A DNA stretch of 63,898 nucleotides, the filler included, from Choristocarpus tenellus KU-1152 (lineage: Eukaryota; Protista; Phaeophyceae): assembly GCA_964200185.2 (NCBI GenBank). It is 9 parts of 9 records of this genome, joined end to end, with 100 filler letters (N's around TTAATTAATTAA, not from the genome) between each part and the next. Parts side by side here need not be neighbours in the genome. Positions count along the whole stretch, not along the records: positions 37,424 to 43,830 come from CAXNAD020008200.1; positions 43,931 to 54,616 come from CAXNAD020002786.1; 7 more parts are not named here. One strand, given 5' to 3'. Within the stretch, counting starts at the first letter, position 1. Every line of letters starts with the position of its first letter. Position numbers and translations under genes: made by a program. The notes beneath the pieces are model-generated. The model did no database searches. It was not told the origin of the DNA and was given only the letters and a program-made list of their open reading frames with translations. Positions 38,496 to 52,300 of this stretch are shown here, piece by piece.

Positions 38496-41400
38496 ATGAA
38501 CTTGAGGAGGCATTCATGGGCCTTCTGGAGCCTGGTCAAATGTCTGTCCCATTCTCCCAACTGGTGAGATGGGGACCTGTACAGGCCTTGATCGAGTTGG
38601 GGACTGCCTCTGAAGAAGATGTATGGCGGGCACTGGTGGACGCCTATTCCTCCTCGAAATCCGTTTTGAAGGTCCCATCAACCCTGAATGGTGATGCAAG
38701 GAGAGGCGTGTTAGAGGGAGGGGAGAGAGGAAGAGAGGGTAAAGACAGGGTGACCACAGGAGGCAAAGGAGGTCAACACGGAGAGGAAAATTCAGACGAC
38801 ATAGCTGTAGGCTTTGTGGGGTTCCTGGAATTTATACATAATCTGGACCTGAAGGTTTGTGAGATCATTATACGTAAACAGGGAGAGGGATATGTGGTTT
38901 GTCCCAGATGCTGGGCAGCCTTGTTGTCAGTGATGGGTATGTCTTGTGAGACAGACTCAACAGTGCATTGCAGTTCCTACTGGCATAGTTTTGAGCGTGC
39001 GTTGTTAAGTTCTACTCAGTCAATATCTCCTTGGGCATTGTTCCTCTCTTTGCTGCCATAGCAGTGGACCTTTGTGGATTATCATAATGAGCCTGTGGGC
39101 ATACTCCTCCCACCTAGATGATAATTTCACTTCAGCATTAGTTTAGCACTTGGTAAATGCAGCGTTTTTTGATGAAGATTATGAAGATGATAAAATGAAA
39201 CTCTTACCAGAAGGAGGACAAAAACGATGGCCAGGTGGATGGCTTGGATTTGGAAGAGGTAGAGGGAGATAGTGAAGAGGTTCACACGCACAAGAAAAGA
39301 CTGAGTCGCAGGCGGGAGCGGTCGGCACAAATGGAGGGGGGAGGGATCCACCAGTAAGTGTCCCTGGTGCTGAGAGACTGGAAAGTTTTGTGCATTATCA
39401 GTTACAACTTTCTGAGACACTAATAATGATCTGAATAGTCTGGAGTGCGATGTGTGGTGGTGCTGCATGCAGCACCTTGGACGGCGTTGTATTCGTGTCT
39501 ACCTGCTCACTTGTGCTTTTTAGGATGGATTGTGTTTTTACCTTGATGTGTTTGACCTTCCACTGTAGCACCCCTTGCTTAGGCCATGACATTTCGCGTC
39601 CATGTTTTGAAGTAGGTTACTCCAGAATAGTATGTAGATGTAAGTTTTCAAGATTGGCGCCCTGGTGTGCTGGAAGCGTCCTTGGAAATCATACTGTCGG
39701 TTGTATTATTTTGTTTTCCTGACTACACCAGTATGCCTGAATCGGTGAAGTGAGACACTGAGTGCAATCAGGAAATGAGACCAGAAGACTTCGTGGTTCA
39801 GGGGCAGTACGTGAGTGTCTTAGTATTTTTTAAAATCAGCTCTGATGTGCCATGGATAACCGCTGTTGTGCAAACCTACTCACACCTACATCTGTTTGCT
39901 CATCTTCTGTGAATCAAACGTCTCAGCACTCTCAAGGAGCACCTCATGGCCCACCTGCAGTCAAGGCCTGCCAAGACCAACCCAGAAACTCAACGCCTGG
40001 CACACGAGTTTCACAGTTTCGAGGTGTGTTTGTGTCGTGCCTTGCCTCTGTTCTCACTCTAGTTTGTGTGTATTTGGGTTTGGAAAGTCATTCAATATGT
40101 TGCTACTGTTACATGACACACTCCCATCCTGCTGAAGCCTTGACCTCCAACCCTTTCAGAAGATGCCCTGATCTTAGCAAATGCTTTGGATAATTCACAA
40201 CTAAAAAGAACCCCTTGCAATCTTCTCCTCCTTTCCTTTTGAGAATAGACTCTTCACCTTCTCACCCACCACCGCTGTTACTGCCTCCTCTTTGCTTGCA
40301 GGCAGTTTCTGTGGAGAAGAAGCTGTTGGCGCACCACCTGGAGGATCGGTTTCGTTCCCGCCCAGGTACACACTTGATACATTGCAGCTGATCAAATTAA
40401 GTTCGTTTTGGTGAGAAAATTGATGAATGTGTTGATGTACTACTTTGTACGTAGTTTGTGTTTAGGTTGGAAGAGGACAAGGGGATCGCTGTGTTAGAAG
40501 AGGATACCTTAGCCCTGTACTGCATCCCTGGGAGGAGCCTCAGTGAGGGGTGTGTGAGGGTGTTGTTTTCTGTTGGTGGACAAGCAATATGCTGTTGATT
40601 GATCTTTTTCTTGCTGCTTGGCTCTAACCTGTAGTTGCCAACACACGACTCAATACTTAAGCACCAAGCAGTGACCGAACACAATCTCACATCAGGACCC
40701 AAGGAGGTGGTTAAGCTCTGCCGTGATATGGATGTCAACCATGCGCGAGTGAAAGAGCTTGAGTTCCAACTGAATAGGCGTCTCCTGCTCCACCGCTTAT
40801 CCAAGTGGGTGACATTCTTCTGCCCCTCTGGATAGTTTTAGGTTGTACCCAGGGTGGGGTAAGGGTGGGCTAATGGTGTTGAGCATATTGCTCCAGTGCT
40901 ACCTTGCAGATGGTGTGAGAGCAACATTCCCCTGGCTACCCTCTGTTGAGAGGTTAATTTGGGCTGGGTTGGGGTGAGCACACCATCTTCGGCTCATTGT
41001 AGTCACTAGGTGTATGTGGAGCATCAACACTGTTAGTGGTCACAACTAGCTGTTAGTGCATGGGGCTCCTATATATGGCTCTGGACCAGACTCTGGAATG
41101 AACCTTCATGTAGCCATAGACAATGTTCACAGTTTAATCTTTTTCTTTTGCTCAAAGTTTATGTTGTCCAACCTGCCCTATCACCCCACCCCAACTCATC
41201 TAGGCGTCCTGGTTGGGAGGAGCTTGTAAACAAAGGTGTTCTGCATCAACAAGATCACCAACAAGAGAGGTTGCAACGGTTGCTTGCCCGCGACTCTTTG
41301 AAGCATGCCCTTCACAAACGTCCTACCCTGGAGCAGGTGTAACACATCCCCTACCCTGCCACCTTTTGCCTGCTACCCCCACTTGTTGCCTCCATTTCCC

Positions 41401-43102
41401 CATCCGTCACCCTGGTATGATTACTCTCTTCCCTGCCTTCTGCCCCTCCTCCACTTCCCTTTGGTCAGCCATTGTTCTGATTTCCACAATATGGTTCCGT
41501 CTATGGTCAGTATCATCTGGGCTGTGGTCTTTTGACTTTCAACCTTTTTGTGCTGAAGGATATGAGTAATGTAGACATCGTTTTTATTTATGTGGTTTAT
41601 ATTAACACCAGACAGTGCACTCTGCTGTGCTGTCTAAGAGCCTGCCAGCCTTGTTTAAGCAGGATGTAGTCATAACCAGATCACTCATTCCCAATGGATC
41701 TCTGGGGCTTAGGCTCCTTTGTTATAGTACCATGACAGTCCCAAGTGAGAACAAAGTTCGTTGTGACTACTTTGGGAGATGTTTTTATGACACAGTAGTA
41801 GTACCCTTTGAACATGGAGGGGTAAATGGGAGTCTTACTACTGCGTAAGGTCTGACAGGCCCACTTGGATTGAATGCTGGAGTGGGTGTCCAAGCCGATG
41901 GGTGTCCTACATTTGCTTGGAGTTCCTATCATTGCTGAGGTTACCGTGATCCAACTACATGTTCTCAATCTAGCGCGACATGTGTTTTATGAAATGACAA
42001 ATTGTAGGGGTGAGAGAGTGAATCATAGGACGACAGAGCACCACAGTATGACCTGAGAATATATCCACGCCTGAGCTTTTGTTCTTGACAGTGCTCTGTG
42101 CAAGTGGTCTATATAGCCTCTTGCCAACATGGTGGGCGCTTCAGAGGGTATCCCGGTGTATTGCACTCCTATCAATAATTTCATCTACTTCAGACAGGAC
42201 TGCAATGTACTGAACCCTGTGTACACCTTGGAACCATGCATCGTTCAATGCCCAACTTTAACTGGGTCAAGCAGGTGGAGGCTTCTGGGGTTTACCATGG
42301 GGCAGGCAGCCATGCCCCAATGGCATTCAAGCTGGAGCACAAACTGAGTGGAATAGAAGTTGCTCATGCACTATCACACCGCCCTTCCATGGCGGAGCTG
42401 GTATCGAGGTGAGAACAAACAGGGGGTGGGGCAGGGAGGGGGGATTTCTTTGGGGGGAGACGGTGGACCAATGATGCATTCTCCTTCTCGAGTAGTTCTG
42501 TGGACTTTGCTCAGAGTGCACTCACTCCACCAAGAGACACAAGTAAAGACCCACACACACGCGCAAACAACATGATGTACATACACTCAAAGCTTTATTC
42601 ATCCTCATGCAATCAATCTGTCAGAGGCATCATCCATGAACGGAATCCAGACAAGACAGCCCAAGTCATCTCAGTTGTTGCTGCCAAAGGACAGAAAGGG
42701 CTCATGACCACAGAGGAAGAACTCAAGCACCTGTCAATGGGGGAGGAGGCACGGACTGCAGCAGTGACAGCGGCCCAGGTGTGTATAAGAAGAGGTGTCG
42801 CTTTTCTGTGGGAGTTAACATGTTATTTATGTGATGACGACTTTGTGAGTGCAGTATTGTACCACTTTGCTCCACTCCTTTGTGCTATGCTACTGCTATG
42901 TGATCACACACTGTTCTCTGATTCTTGTGCTGGAGTATGCTAATATTTATTCCCACCATAGATTTGACTCTGTGGCTATGTGTTACATATTTCCAATTTG
43001 TGTTCCTCCAACAATGTGCTCATGTTAGTGGGGTGAGTGTGAGAGAGACATATTGCTTGACAGGAAGCACGGAAAGTTCGAAGTGATTGGCTAGATGGAT
43101 AA
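38496..43102 (+). CDS. RPEL-repeat (G-actin-binding) protein with a degenerate EF-hand-like region, 5' incomplete
   Basis: Spliced RPEL-like motifs: LEDRFRSRP (about 40340), LLHRLSK|RPGWEELVNKGVL, LKHALHKRPTLEQ|VEASGVY and VAHALSHRPSMAELVSR|GII. Probable last exon 43064-43102 (EARKVRSDWLDG*). Confidence 0.78.
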
Positions 43103-43930
43103 AGATGAAGAGGAGAGTGAGGCGGGGATAGTTATTTTTGTGTGGTTCATGCTATGACACAGTGGTGGGAATTTTACGTGTTTTTGTTGCTTTTTACTTT
43201 TAGTAGTATTAGTGTATTGTCGTGTTTTGTGTTGATTGAGGCCATACTTAGTTTTTTCAAGTACTGTACAAGACAGTGGTTGGAAATGTACTGTGTACAA
43301 TGCGAGTGAGTGTACTGCAGGAGGATTTTTGTACAAACAGTATGTATTGTTTTGTGTTTATTTCGGAAAGCTGCCCTGCAAGGCATCAATACGTCGAGTC
43401 TATTGCTGTGATGCACTCTAGAAGGATCTTCAATAGGATCTTCAATAGGATGGGAACAAGAAATATATATATATATATATATATATAGTGGACATCAAAC
43501 TGTGCCTCATGCTTCCGGCAACAGCTCCTGTTTTGATGTTTTCGTGAATACTCCAGGGTGTATCTTTGTGAGAGCATTCCAGTACACTCTTAATGTGTTA
43601 AGTAGTATTGATACACACTAGATTGACCCCATATATGCTTGGAATTTTGTAAGTTAGATTAGAGTTTTGCACCTGTATGACCGGTGTGTGAGTAGTCCAT
43701 GCAATTTCAAGTTACACAAGTGGATTGCTTGAATTCATGCCATTACCCCCTCTCCCTCCCCCCCCCCAACAACAATGTGGTGATGTCCAGGAGGGGCTGG
43801 TAATGCACACACCAGAGAACCATGACCGCCNNNNNNNNNNNNNNNNNNNNNNNNNNNNNNNNNNNNNNNNNNNNTTAATTAATTAANNNNNNNNNNNNNN
43901 NNNNNNNNNNNNNNNNNNNNNNNNNNNNNN

Positions 43931-43950
43931 CCCCCCAGATACTTTGACCC
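43931..43950. mobile_element. MITE family A terminus at contig start
   Basis: CCCCCCAGATACTTTGACCC directly after the linker. Confidence 0.7.
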
Positions 43951-44444
43951 TTAGTGTTCGACTCGGGCTTAGAATTGTGTCCACAGTGTGATTTCAGTGC
44001 AGCAACCAACCCTCATGATATTTGAAGTTGAAGTTCTAATGAGCTATCTTCATTTTTTGTATCATATGTGTATCATATGTGTATCATATGTGTATCATAT
44101 GTGTATCATATGTGTATCATACTCTACTGCCCGAGACATCCACAGTGTTTTAGTGCATAGTATGTGCAATGGCATTAATTGTATTAATAGTGCATAGTAT
44201 GTGCAATGGCATTAATTGTATTAATAGTGCTAATGATATTAATGGTGTTAATGATGTTAATACATGATACAGGCCTATCACTTAGAAGCAGTATATATTT
44301 AATATTTTGTAGTTAAGAGTAGGATTGAACCAAACCCTATCCCTATGCAGTTTATAAACATGTCCCAAGTACATTCCCTCCCCCTCCCCCCCCAGCAGCC
44401 TCTTTACCCCAGAACAAGTCTGATTTGGTCCACTTCTTTTCTGC

Positions 44445-44648
44445 ACACTAACACTAACATTGACATTAAGACTAACATTAACACTAAAATTGACATTAAC
44501 ACTAACATTAACACTAAAATTGACATTAAGACTAACATTGACATTAAGACTAACACTAACACTAACATTGACATTAACACTAACATTAACACTAAAATTG
44601 ACATTAAGACTAACATTAACACTAACATTGACATTAACACTAACATTA
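44445..44648. repeat. Mosaic hexamer microsatellite (ACACTA/ACATTA/ACATTG/AGACTA/AAATTG)
   Basis: About 34 hexamer variants with higher-order periodicity; they explain the TNIN/LTLT/VNVS spurious ORFs. Confidence 0.95.
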
Positions 44649-44670
44649 TGAGTCTGATGCATCAATTCAG

Positions 44671-45247
44671 GTGTCTGTTGACAAACACCTCCTGCTGAGA
44701 GGAGGCACATATGAGAGGTATGGAGTAATGCTGAAGGTTGTTCTTGCACTGACTCTTCCATGGCCACTGCTTTGTTCAATAAAGTCCAGGGGTGTGCTGT
44801 GGTGGGCTGAGACCAGCATACGGAATAAGCTGGAGAAGGTGCTCTTGAGGTTTTTATTGTAATATATGGTGTGATATATATATGTATGTGTATGTTGAAA
44901 GGTTGAAAGGGTGGTATGTCTCGATAGTTGCCTTGACAAGCTTTTTTTGGTGAAATACAATGCACCCTATGTTGGTGTGTGCCTATTGTGTACTTAGGTA
45001 TTTCTTTTTGTACTGATGTACCTTTTGTTGGCATTTTGATTGCATCCCTAACCCTAACCCTTACTCTCTGTGAAATACATCTTCTCTGGTACAAGTTAAT
45101 GTTAGATATTATTATTAATATTATTATTATTTAAATAACAAGAAATATGAAATTGATTAAGGAAACTCGACGCCAGCTAACAGGGGCAGCCAAGACCTGG
45201 ATTCTACAATATATTATTAACTTTGTGGTACCTAGTAATAATAGTAA

Positions 45248-45286
<39 letters not shown>

Positions 45287-46120
45287 CAGCAGTAATAATA
45301 GTAATAATAGTAGTAGTAATGGCAATGTAGACCTATGCTTTGAACCGTGTATATATGTACATATATACATACATATATACATACATATGTGTGTGTGTGC
45401 ATTGTAGGTGTACACCTAGGATTGAGGTATGGTAGACATCAGTATCGTATCTACAGTTCAACTATGATGACAATAATATTTGTATTAATATGATATATTG
45501 TAAGTTATGGTGATAATGATGTTAATATTTATTTTTGTATATGCTGCCAGTCTCTCTGTTTGCATGGCAACCTGAATGAACAAGCACAGTAAAGTACATT
45601 GGTTCAGTATACAGGTACAATGTACAGGTACAATACACAGGTACGGTACATCTTGTCCTGAAATCAATCCTCCTCTCTTTGACACTTTTATGAACCTGTC
45701 GACTTCATTGAATCAGTCCTAACCCTAACCCTAACCCTAACCTCTACTCTTGCCAACACTATCCCTTCATTCTATTGGCCTTGAATTTTCACCTTCCCTT
45801 CTTTCCCTCTCCTGACCCCGATCCACCAACCCTCTACCTGAAGGTGCTGTCTGTTGGGGGTGTACTGGGTCTGTTTCTGTCAAGTACTATCATCCTGTCC
45901 GTATTTGTCGTTCCTGCTATTGCACCATACACCCGGGTTCCTCCCCCCATGAACACACTTTCTGCCATGGCATCTCTGTGGCTCATCCTAGCTGCCTGGC
46001 TGGTGCATGACAAGGTCTCACATGGAACTATCATTGCCCGACTGTCTGTGATTTTGTCAGTGCGGTGAGATCATTGATGGAGTTAGGGTTAGGGTTAGGG
46101 TTACTGACATCGGGTGGGAC

Positions 46121-46183
<63 letters not shown>

Positions 46184-46251
46184 TTTTTTTTTTTTTTTTT
46201 TTTGGGTTGTGGGGGGGGTGGTTTTTGGTGTTTTTTTTTTTTNNNNNNNTA

Positions 46252-46302
<51 letters not shown>

Positions 46303-49300
46303 GGAGGTGGGAAAGGGAGTTGAGAGGGAGGACTATTTGTTCCTGTTTTTTATTTGATTTTAGGGTTAGGGTTAATTATTGTGGTTGTTATTTGTTTCTA
46401 ATTATTTTTTTGTACTGGTGCATTTGTTCTTTTTTGTTTTTTTTGTCTGTGACCGTAGGGTTAGGGTTAGGGTGATGGTCTTGGTGGGATGGTGCTACTG
46501 CTATGTGTATTATAAATATGGAGGCATGTTCTGTTCATGTTCTGGTCATGGATATAATATTATTTCAGTGTATACTTACCATAGTATTTGTGACTGGATA
46601 GGTTTTGTGCATTTGAAGGTGTTTTCTTATCATATGGAGGCGTGTTGGGTGTTGTCTATCACGGAGGGAGTTGGGTGTAAGCAAATTTATCTTATCTTGG
46701 TATATATATATACTTATCTTGTCTTGGTATATATATATACTTATGTTATCTTGTTATATATATACTTATCTTGTCTTGGTATATATATATATATACTTAT
46801 GTTATCTTGTTATATATCTATACTTATCTTGTCTTGGTTCTGTGTGGCACTTCTTGTGGTAGTCTCATGCCAAGATTACTTCACCCCAACAGCATTAGCA
46901 TTCATCATCAACAATGTTGGCAACAGCAATTGTAACAACAATAATAATAATAATAATAACAGTTACTAGTAATAACAAAATAAATGATAATATCAAGATG
47001 AAGCTCTGGTGACCCTTCTTGAACCTTAAGAACAGTAATATAATGCATCTAGTACTCGTAGTTCAGGTTTGTATATCTATAAAGTAAAACCAACATACAT
47101 ATGTATACATTTATATTTATTTGATGTCATAAGTTGTGGAAGCCTTTTCCCCCCCCCCCTTCCTCCCTCCCCCCTCCCTCACTGCTACTGTCTCTTCACC
47201 ACAAATGCCAGGAGTATGACGTGGCTGTTTGGTATGAATGACTGGATTCATCAGGCGTGTTTCATCCCCTTTTCTGTGGCAATGGCATCTTACATCTTCG
47301 CCTCCTCCCACGGTAGAAACCCTATTTTACTATACTATGTGAGTCGCAATCAACCCACGCTTTTGTTATTTTTTTTCTTAAAAAAAAGAAGTTGTGTGTG
47401 TGTGTATATGGAAAGGCTTACGTATATATACAGCAGTTGATGTATATTTCCATAATTGTTTGATTGAAATGGACACACACACACACACACACACACACAA
47501 GTGAGAGGGTAAATGAGATTGCACTGGTGTAGGGTTAGGGTTAGGGAGGAAACAACACATCAGCATCTGTTGTATTGTAGAGAGGAGTGATCAAGAGAGG
47601 TCTACCTCAGTGTTTTTGGTCATAAGGAGGTACAATTTGATTCAAATAGAAATTGACTATATTATTGTTATTATTTGTGTGGGAGGATGGATGCTTGTGA
47701 AGTGATTCACAAAATTGTACCTTCTTTTGTTCAGGATTTGGGGGTATACCAGGTGTGCTGTACAAATATTAATCGTAGCCCTTTTTGTCCGTGAGTGACC
47801 CAAAATTGTATCCATATATTGTCGAAGACCCACAAAGTGTACCCCTTTTTGTCACACTTGACTTGTGTCCATAGTGTAGAGAAGAACCCCTTCCCCCCAA
47901 CCTTCCAACATTGCTTCGGTGTCCATCGATTTCAATTTCTTGTTTTATATTTATTTTCAGAATTGAATCTAAGGAAGGTTGTTGAAAGTTAATTTTATGT
48001 GAGAATGATACATATAAAAATATAATAAAATTTGAGAAGTGCAATCCTGTACATTATATACATGTATAGGTGCGTGCATATGACCCTATCCATAACCCTA
48101 ACACTGATACAGTATACATTATAGTACCATAGCCCTAACACTCTAACAATACATGGTACAGGATACCTTATAGTACCATAGCCCTAACACTATACCAATA
48201 CATGATACAGGATACCTTATAGTACCATAGCCCTAACACTATACCAATACATGATACAGTATACATTATAGTACCATAGCCCTAACACTAAATTAATACA
48301 TATACAGTATATATTATAGCATTCAACATGATTGCATAGTGCTACCTAGAACCCTGGAGTCCTGGTTAAATTTTTAAAAACAATATTTTTCTTAGTAAAT
48401 TCTTAGTGGAATCATTATTTTTCTTTCCATGAGTACATGACAGAAGGATTTCTTTCATATTCAGATATCTTTTTGATGAGATGATAGGAAAACTGTGGAG
48501 GCATCAATTTCACCCCTCACATGTGACAAATATATGAACATTCCACAAAGAAATTTCTAGGTGACGAGATCTGTTTCTCTATTGAGAAGCATCAAGAACA
48601 GGACATCATCTAAGACAGTCTTACTCATGCTCCTAATTCCTATACCCCCTTTGTCCTACTCAGTGGTATACCCTCTTTTGACCAATCTTCTAGATCTTGA
48701 TATAGAGCACTTAGGTTTAGGGTTAAAGGTGCACAACAGGGCACAATTATTAATATTAGGGTTAGGGTTATTTTTTAATATTTCAGTGTTGAGCAAGCTG
48801 CTGCTGCTACAATGACACAACTGCCTTGTCCTTGAGAGGCTTTGTTCATTTTGTTATCATTAATAGTTACCATTAATAGTTAGCATTTGTAGTTATCATT
48901 AATAGTTACCATTAATAGTTAATGTCAATGGTTATCATTAATAGTTGCCATTAATAGTTATCATTTGTAGTTATCATTAATAGTTACCATTAATAGTTAA
49001 TGTCAATGTTTATCATTAATAGTTGCCATTAATAGATACCATTAATAGTTAATGTCAATGTTTATCATTAATAGTTACCATTAATAGATACCATTAATAG
49101 TCATTGTCAATGGTTATCATTAATAGATACCATTAATAGTTATTGTCTTGTCCCTTGGCCAAACTCTTTCTCCATAGCACACCATAGCATGCACCATATC
49201 CATTCCTACTCCTTATCAACAAGTGTGCTGAATCTACAATTTCTAGCCCTACTCCTTACCCTTACCAACCTTTTGTTATGTTATGCTGTGTTATGTTGTG

Positions 49301-52300
49301 CTGTGTTGTTCAGATGTGGGGTGTATCTGCATTTGTGTTGTGCTACCTCTGGATCAACAAGCACAGTCTACATATCGTTAACTTCAACTTTACCCTCGTC
49401 ACTGAGGGTGGTACAGGAATGGCCATGGCTGAGGGGGTTGGGGGGGTTGGGGGTGAAAGTGCTTTTGGAATGGAAATTTCTCTGGTGACATTCATGCTTC
49501 TGTCAGGACTGCTGGGTATTCTTGCACTGGGAGTGCCAATACTATTGGTGGCAAGGGCAAGAATTGGACTGGTTGGGTGCATTGTAAGGTCTGACAGAAA
49601 TGGATGGATGGATGGATGGATGAATTGATTTAAAGATAGTTGGACTAACTGGGAACTTTTTTGGAATTATTCTTCTTATTATTATTATTGCTACTATAAT
49701 TTTTTATTATTTATATTATTATTGTTGTTAGTGTTATTATTACTACTATTATTATTACTATTATTGTAATTATTTCTTTTTGAGTGGGATGGTTGAGGTA
49801 GTAGCAGGAGAAGATTGACCTAGTGTTTTTATATTTCTTTGGGAGTGAGTGAGTCAGCCAAATATACACTTCATACATATGTATGTAGGTGTTGGGGGGT
49901 CATCTTTATCTTTTAAATATACCTTCTACACTGTATGGTACAAGGGTTAGGGTTAGGGGTTATCTTTATCTGTTAAATGTACCTGCTACACTGCGTTGTA
50001 CAACATGTCGTTGCATACTTTTTAGGGTATGTCTTCTGTACCATGATGAGCATTTTATTAATCTCATATTGTCCTACTCTCTGACTGAATACTCATTTTT
50101 TTATTTTAAAAATATATTTTTTAATATTTGTAAATTAACTGTTTGCATGGTGTAAAAAAAATGCCCCTCCCAAGTAATGGCCCTACTAATTATTTCATTC
50201 TTTTTTGTTGTTGTGAGTTGAAGGTTCTACAAATTTAATTTAATTTAATACATACATACATACATACATACATACATTCTTGACTGCATTCTCCACCACT
50301 GGGCTTGGATAGGGTTAGGGTTACAATTTTCCTTTTTCTTCCACTCAGGGTTAGGGGTAGGGGTAGGGGTAGGGTTTGTTTAATACAGGACTCAGAACAA
50401 GGTGAGGTCAAAGGGTAAGGAGAGGAAAGAGAATAGTTTCCCCCCCTCCCCCCCCCTCTTTCTTGTTGTTCTATATAGTGTGGGTGATGCCCATGTGATG
50501 CCAACAGGAAGTGTATTCCTTTTTGTCTATACTTGATTTTTTTGTCCTTCGTGGTAAGATGTGTCCACATACATCACACATACATCCACACATGTCACAT
50601 GTATTGCATGACTACATACAACAAACCCAATTATTATTATTATTATTATTATTGCTATTTTAGTCATTAGCTCTGTTCTTTGATCACCCTCCCATCACTG
50701 AATCTACAAATGAACAGAAAAAATAACATAACAAATAAAATAAAAAATTAATTATTTTAATGGCAATGAAAAAAATAACATGACATTTCAAATAACAAAA
50801 ATAACTTTTTTTTATTACTTCATCCCGTTTTATAACTTTTTTTATTAACACTTCCGTACACTTTTTTTTTATTGTTTAAACAAATTATTTTCAAAAAAAT
50901 CAGCTTGCATGCAGTGTGTCTGCTGCTTGCTGAGATGGTCCTGATCAGTGCAGGGTCGATGCCATACCTGGACACAACTGGTGCTTCACACCTAGGAGTG
51001 GCAATAGACTTGGAAGACATTTATCCTCTGTCCTTTGTGGTGGCTACAGGGTTTGGATGTGTTTGGATGGCGGGAAGACTGTGGTCGGAGTGGAAGATGG
51101 GAACACTATACCTGTGGTATGTATGCCTGTATGCACCTATAGTACCAATTCTGCTATTATTAGTGGTAGGGCATTATTTACTACTGATTGTTAGTAGGAC
51201 ATTATTTTCTACTTCTTAGTAGTAGGACAATAATTAATACTTACTATGAGTAGGACATTATTTACTACTTATTATTAGTAGGACATTATTTACTACTTAT
51301 TATTAGTAGGACATTATTTACTACTTATTATTAGTAGGACATTATTTAATACTTATTATTAGTAGGACATTATTTAATACTTACTATGAGTAGGACATTA
51401 TTTACTACTTATTATTAGTAGGACATTATTTACTACTTATTATTAGTAGGACATTATTTAATACTTATTATTAGTAGGACATTATTTAATACTTATTAAT
51501 AGTAGGGCATTATTTAATACTTATTAGTAGTAGGACATTATTTAATACTTATTAGTAGTAAGACATTAATTAATATTTTTATTGCTACTATTTTTACACT
51601 ACTTTTTTTTTTTTTTAAATTTTGTAATTTTTATCTATTGATATATATTTTTTTTATTTTCCCTTTTTTTTTCCTTTCATTTCTGATAATAAAAAAAACT
51701 AAATATGATAACAGTTGATTCCATTGTCAAAATATGACAACTTGTTTGCTGCAACAGCCCATCGCGTCTGTTTTGTCTCACTCTCTTATCACGTCTACGT
51801 AACTCTCTATTGATGAAATCAACCCCAATCAACCTTAATCAACCCTAACCCTAACCTCAGGGTGACAGGGTGTGTAAATGTGGGCAAGGTTGTCTCTGTG
51901 TTGATGGTGGCCATTGTTGAAAATGGCACAGGTGAGGTATACCTTAAGCTGCGAAATATTTTTTTTATGACATAAAGAATATGCTACTTTGCTTGTGTCT
52001 GTTTTTTGGTCTGTGTCCAACCACATCGTGACTCCCTTTTAAATTTATATTGAATGTTTTTTTTTATTATTAGCCCTGTCCCTAACTCTTACTCTATTCT
52101 ATTGATGTTCTACATTTCTGGACTAATATACTACTTGTATTATATATTTTTATTTTATGTGTTACTTCTTTTTATTATCATAGTGGTGCAACATACGGAA
52201 ATGCCGTGCCCCTGTATTGAACTCCCATTTCTCAGTCATCAGTAATTTGGAGATTTTCTGGTTTTGTTTGAATAAGGCCTACCCCCAAAGGGAGGCCTTA

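Noticed and set aside
44282-45415. Long low-complexity ORFs (VNVSVN, TNINT, LTLTL, poly-L, poly-S)
   Set aside because: By-products of hexamer and trinucleotide microsatellites.
46103-46305. Long poly-G/poly-T tracts (also about 9500-9570 and 25100-25150) as G-quadruplex or Gly-rich exons
   Set aside because: Adjacent to gaps or contig ends and typical of low-quality homopolymer sequence.
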